Of a stretch of 64,000 nucleotides of DNA, positions 59,101-64,000 are shown one piece after another. The notes under the pieces were generated by a model. It was not told the origin of the DNA. It made no database searches and was given only the letters and a program-made list of their open reading frames with translations. Numbering within the stretch: the stretch's first letter is position 1; every line of letters begins with the position of its first letter. This stretch comes from Oculina patagonica. Taxonomy: Eukaryota. The position numbers and the translations under genes are program-made. The stretch spans positions 1,054,001-1,118,000 of the forward strand of contig NC_135758.1 in NCBI RefSeq assembly GCF_052425735.1. The letters are read 5' to 3'.

Positions 59101-62100
59101 CAGTTACCTTAACTGAATAGTGTTTTTATGATAAAGCAATTTGTCAACCCCTAAAATAGTCTCTTTTTTCTTTTATTTTCAAGCATCACCTGCTGTATCC
59201 CGCAAGAAGGAGAAACATACTCCAGAGAGGACTAAAGAATTTAAAGTACCATTTTCACCAAGACCCAGAACTCCTCTGGATTACTTGAAACACCTCCAAG
59301 ATGACACATTAAGTGACATTGAAGAATCAAGTACTTATGCTGTAGTTGTGTCATCCTGTATTGGAAATCTTCTCCACGAGTGGTATAACAGTCCAGACAC
59401 GCTTCTCGCTGTCCATCCAGTTGATGGCTCACTGTTAGTGTGGCTTGTTGAATGGCTTGACGTTCAGAATGGTGTTCCGTACAGACAGCCTCAAGTTAGC
59501 TTTCTATCGCGAATTCCGAATGTCCTTCCTCCCGCCGATGCAAACTCACTGTTGAACAAACTCATTGTGTATTGCCCTAGGGAGGACAAAGTTAGGGCTC
59601 TGAGAAATGTCATGTTAAATAAGAGCGACTTTGTATCTGCAGGCCAGAGAATAGCAACGAAAGCTGGTGGCATGGCACTGAACATTTCCCGATCAAGTTA
59701 TGGCAGTTTAACAGGAGGAACACATCCCTCAGCGATCATGATTTCAACACACAGGGATGGCGCGCTGAATCTCTGGCAACTTGCGTTTGCAGACAACTCA
59801 TCATTTTCTACTGTAGTTAGTGTTTCTCATCACGCACGCAGGTGTGGACATAGGTATCCTATTACTAACATTTTAGCGCATCCAGAATTACCTCTGATGC
59901 TTTCAACATCGAGCCATGAGATGGAAGCACGAAAGGGAGAAGATAGCTGGAATAATATGGATTTGCTAAATCTATTGGATGACAACAAAGGCAAATCTCG
60001 AAAGGTACACTGCAATGAACTTATTGTGTGGAAGGTGGAGAGCGTGTCGCCCTTACGACAGAGTGGCGGAGTAATGGAGTTGACACGCGTAAACTCATCG
60101 CGTCCGAATGCTTTTATGAACATAGCCTGGGTTCCAACCTTATTCTCACACTCACTGATTTCATTTGACAGTAACACCTCAATTCCGCCCCATGCCGTGG
60201 CCCCTTGTGCGTGTTTCTTGGCCTTAGATGGAACTTGTTACAGATTTTACCAAGTCATCCTTGATGCCAGAACTTTGCAAGGCTACATTTCCAGCAACAA
60301 GTCCAGGACACGCTCAACTCTGTACTCCAGTGGCAGCGAAGGAAGTCTAGACTCGCTAGACTTTGAGAGCCCAAGTAACTCAGTTCCTATTGAATGCTTC
60401 ATTGAGTCAATAGTGAGCCGGCAGTCTGGAGCGACACCTGGCTGTATTCTAAAGCTTTGCTCGTTAGCTGATTCTAAAGATGTCCTACGAGAGCCACTTT
60501 TGCTTCACGTTTTCACTGAGAGCTCTGTAAAGTCGTCTTGTTTCTTTTCGTACGAGAAACAGAGCAGTGAAAATGAGGAAGACCAACAACAAAGTTCACA
60601 TAAATCCGAGGACAGTTTTTACGTTGTTGGTGTAGAAAACATCGTCAGTGAAGACAAGGATATTGTGTCTATGATTTACATGTGGCAGGTCACGGTCACT
60701 GCCACGAAACCAGAAGTAAACATCAAGGGATCTACCGGCTTAGAGTCTATAGCAGCATACCCCGAGGTTATACAGCCTATCAGTAGAAGCAGCAGTAGCG
60801 CGTCCAACCGAAGTGCGAGCCCCCTAAACTTACCACAGTCAGGGCACGTGAGCAGTAGTATTGTGTCAAGGAGTGTGTGCTGTCAGAGACTTCCACTTCC
60901 AAATGGAACAACAGTCACCACAGCCACAAGGGCGGCAGATAAGATGTCTTCCTCTGCAGTAAATCCAACATGTCCCGCACAGTATCTCTTCACCTCGTCT
61001 TGTTCAGACGGGAAAGTTAGGTTCTGGTCTTGCAGGGAAATTGTCTCTGAGAACCAGTTTGTGTGGGAAGAGACCTCGTGGCTGTCAGATGGACGGAAAC
61101 GTGCTCATTCAACGAAACAGTCGGATGGACGCGTTTTGGGATTGGATGCTCCTGGCGAGGTGCTTTCTCTTAGTTGTGCGTATACTGGGAGAATTGCCAC
61201 ACTTTGCAGGAAATCTGAAGTCCAAGGAGATGAGAAGCCTGACCTGTCAGTCTGCATTTGGGAGAATGGGTCTTCTGGAGGAATGGATTGGGTCCTTGAG
61301 GATACTTTAAAACTTGATTGCAAGTTTGCTACTGATAACTCACAGATTCGTCTGGAATGGACGTCAGCTGAAGACGGCTCGTATGTCCTGACAGTTTGTA
61401 TCGGAAGTGAAGTGTTCATTCTCGGCTGTGCGTCAAGAATAGCTAACACATCTGTGAGAGGGGAGAGCTCTTCCAATGCTAAAGAAACGTGGCTGCTTCT
61501 TCACAGTGTCCATTTAACATCAGAAAATAAATGGCAGCTGCTGACCAGAGCGTTGTCCTGGATCCGCAATGGAGTCCTTGTGGTTGGGCTTGGCACCGAG
61601 ATGCAGGTCTATTCCCAGTGGAAAGCTGTGAAGGATGGCACCCTCTCCCCCTCAGACACCATGACATTTGCTCCTACGGCAACTCTGCAGAAAGTCAGCG
61701 AAGCATCCCGGGGTGGGACAGGCAAACTTGTACCTCTATCATTGGCTCCAGGTAGCGGGATTGGTCTGTTTGAAGCAGCTGCCACCATAGCTCCTGTTTT
61801 ACCACAGTTTCATCCCAAGCATCTGATGGAACTCATGAACTTTGGCAAGCTGAGGAGAGTCCGAGCTATATTGCATCATTTGGTAAGAATTACGACAAGC
61901 GTTTACGACTACATCTTACAATTAGAAACATTAACGTACAATGTGATCGGAACCTGCGCAGTCCTACACCCTGTAGCTTAGACAATACATAATTGTGTTA
62001 TTAATAACTTGCAGCGGCCATAGTTTTGGTTGATGACTGTTGGTGCGTTTACAGTCAACCCTCTCCTAACGGACACCTCTATAAGACGGACTCCTAGTGT

Positions 62101-62759
62101 TACCGTTTTTCGGTCATTTTACTGAAACTAAAAAGATGGATATCTACCTCGCTGAGATGAACAGTTGGAGCCGGCGCCAACGGCGTCCGTTTTAGAGAGA
62201 GTTGACTGTAAAACATTTTGTTAGCTTTCAAACATTTACGTTGAACTCTTGTTTATTAACCAAGTTGTAATTACGGTAGTTTTAAAACGTATTTTCTTGT
62301 GTTAAAAAAAGTTAAAAGACTATAATATATATACAAATAAAAACCAGACTAAAAAGACTAGACTAAAAAGTCATCATTAGCTGAAAACGTTTGGTTTTTA
62401 GTTGTTTATAAATTATAGCCTTTTAACTTTTTTTAAACATTTTATCCTCTTCGCGAACATTATGTTGAGTATTTTCTTGTCATTTTAAAATATGGTGCGT
62501 TTTCAGGTGTGCTGTGTGGTTGGACGTGAAGCCATGGAAGCAGCAGCAAAAGCTCTTGACCAGTCCTCGCACAGCAGGCCCCGCCTCAGCAGTATGAGCA
62601 GTATGAAGAGTATTGGGAACGTGTCAAGCGCGAGTGAGCCAGATCTTAATGGAATGGAGGGAGACGAGAAAGAAGGAGCACTGTCTGTTCCGCCATTACC
62701 ATTGTATGCTCTCCTTGCTGCTGATAAAGACACAAGTGGCAGTGGATCTGCAACTACAG
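53120..62759 (+). CDS. DMXL2: DmX-like protein / rabconnectin-3 alpha (co-orthologue of DMXL1/DMXL2), 5' part only; gene continues past the window
   Basis: Exons 53120-53212, 54050-54175, 54368-54436, 54557-54635, 55193-55307, 56541-56607, 56726-56765, 57366-57510, 57923-58416, 59184-61882 and 62507-62759 splice in frame: MKLHQVLTGA..AYASGCDVVIL..FSPDG..DRLVKVW..YLAHP..SWRKTSKYMP..LLTSCTDNVCRIW..CGHRY..LPQFHPKHLMELMNFGKLRRVRAILHHLV, characteristic of DMXL WD40 proteins. Confidence 0.93.
53946..53984 (+). mobile_element. About 39-bp 5'-truncated retroelement 3' end with 11-bp TSD in DMXL intron 1
   Basis: AAGCTTATCCG|TCCGGCCCTATCCCCCACCAGGGGGCAAGGAACTGAGAG|AAGCTTATCCG; matches 5873-5914. Confidence 0.7.
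55385..55909. mobile_element. Tc1/mariner-like MITE in a DMXL intron
   Basis: TIR CC.TATTTACTCGAATAAGCGCCGC / GCGGCGCTTATTCGAGTAAATACGG, TA at the right end, internal AATAAGCGCCGC repeats. Confidence 0.85.
62052..62208. mobile_element. 157-bp internally deleted relative of the 4360-5809 MITE
   Basis: TA|CAGTCAACCCTCTCCTAACGGACACC ... GGCGTCCGTTTTAGAGAGAGTTGACTG|TA. Confidence 0.8.
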
Positions 62760-63689
62760 GTATTGTAGCATCCTCCTGTATTTCGTCTGTGCGCTGACCA
62801 CATTGGCATCCTTATTATCCTTTCTGTTAATTGATATGGTTTCTTTTGGAAATGGAGTGTCACGCAATCCTACCTCCAGTAACGCAAATGTGGTCTAGTG
62901 AGTGACAGGAATTTATGAGTACGGAGAGAATTCCTAGGGTTGGCAGCGGTGTACATCATTTTTGTTTTTTCTGATAACATTTTGTCTTAGTTTAGCTGGT
63001 TTCTTTTTCTCATTATATTTCACAGACTCCGTTCGAAATATATGAGAAAACAGATGGTAGGAATTTCCCAGTTAGTGCTTCAAACCACTTTTTAACGCTA
63101 AAAATATAAGGGGTACCCCCTTAAAAGCAAAACAAGGGCCTGGGTCTACCTATAAGGCCCTGGTGCCTAGGTCCCGCGGACCCATGATCCTTCACTGGCT
63201 TTTTTTCCTTGTGCTTCAAACCCTACGGTAAGTATTTGCCCTTTATCTTGTATTTTTGCTAATTTTTTACCTTTTCAGGCTATTCCTCTGTGTTTTTGGC
63301 ACAGTAGGTTTCTTTTTAGCGATATTTTGTCGCTCTTCAGATATATTGCATCACTGAAGATATCCATTTGGCAACACAAAGTCGCGTAGAAGGACTCGTT
63401 GCTGGTCGCCATCTTCCCGCCGAAACTGTTTCGGCGTCTGCCTGAAATACGTGATGAATGGTCCTGCCAAACGACGCAAAGACCTTTCACGTAGAAGACG
63501 ATGATACTCTTTAGGAGATTCTTCTCTCGCCCGAGAGTCTTTACGAGCGAATAGACTCGCTGCGAACAAGTTCAGTCTGATGATATGTCGATTTATATGG
63601 CTAATGACTCGTCAGGATAGAAATTCAGCGAACCTTTGGCGACCGATAAGTCATTTGGACTTCTGCTGCGCCCGTTCGGGCACCTGTGG

Positions 63690-63897
63690 AGCCTATTTAG
63701 GCACCCATAGAGCCTATTCAGGCACCAATATTGCCTATTCAGGCACCAATATTGCCTATTCAGACACCAATATTGCCCATTGAGGCACCAATAGAGCCCA
63801 TTGAGGCACCAATATTGCCTATTCAGGCACCAATAGAGCCCATTGAGGCACCAATAGAGCCTATTCAGGCATCTGTAAAGCCTATTTTAGGCACCCG
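63690..63897. repeat. 21-bp minisatellite, about 10 copies, in a DMXL intron
   Basis: GCCTATTCAGGCACCAATA(TT/GA) and GCCCATTGAGGCACCAATA units. Confidence 0.88.
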
Positions 63898-64000
63898 TCG
63901 AGCTTATTAAGGAACAAACCTAGTCTGATAGACATCTAAAGAAGCTGGGAACTTAATGCAGTCTTATAGTGATGGCACTCTCGTAGAGACCATTTAGGAA

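Overview
Eukaryotic, AT-rich, intron-containing DNA. The gene content and repeat types point to an anthozoan cnidarian, probably a stony coral (inference). From left to right: an intronless class A GPCR; a 3-exon COUP-TF/NR2F-type nuclear receptor; two divergently transcribed, probably Ca2+-independent synaptotagmin-like genes; a decayed Harbinger/Myb-SANT remnant; a single replication-dependent histone quintet (H1-, H3-, H4+, H2A-, H2B+); an intronless 423-aa glycine-zipper protein of unknown function; and a head-to-head DTWD2 / DMXL (rabconnectin-3 alpha) pair, with DMXL running off the right edge. Many MITEs, SINEs and tandem repeats fill the introns and spacers. Main points of interest: (1) all five histone genes share an identical non-canonical 3' stem-loop (C-G instead of U-A closing pair) and a shared downstream element that predicts the lineage's U7 snRNA 5' end; (2) a 4.15-kb TTAA-flanked element with about 1.5-kb inverted arms, each carrying the same nested piggyBac-like MITE, separates H2A from its own TATA/GATCC promoter; (3) the DTWD2-DMXL divergent pair mirrors the human DTWD2-DMXL1 arrangement. 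All exon boundaries were read by eye from GT/AG sites and frame continuity; no database search was run.
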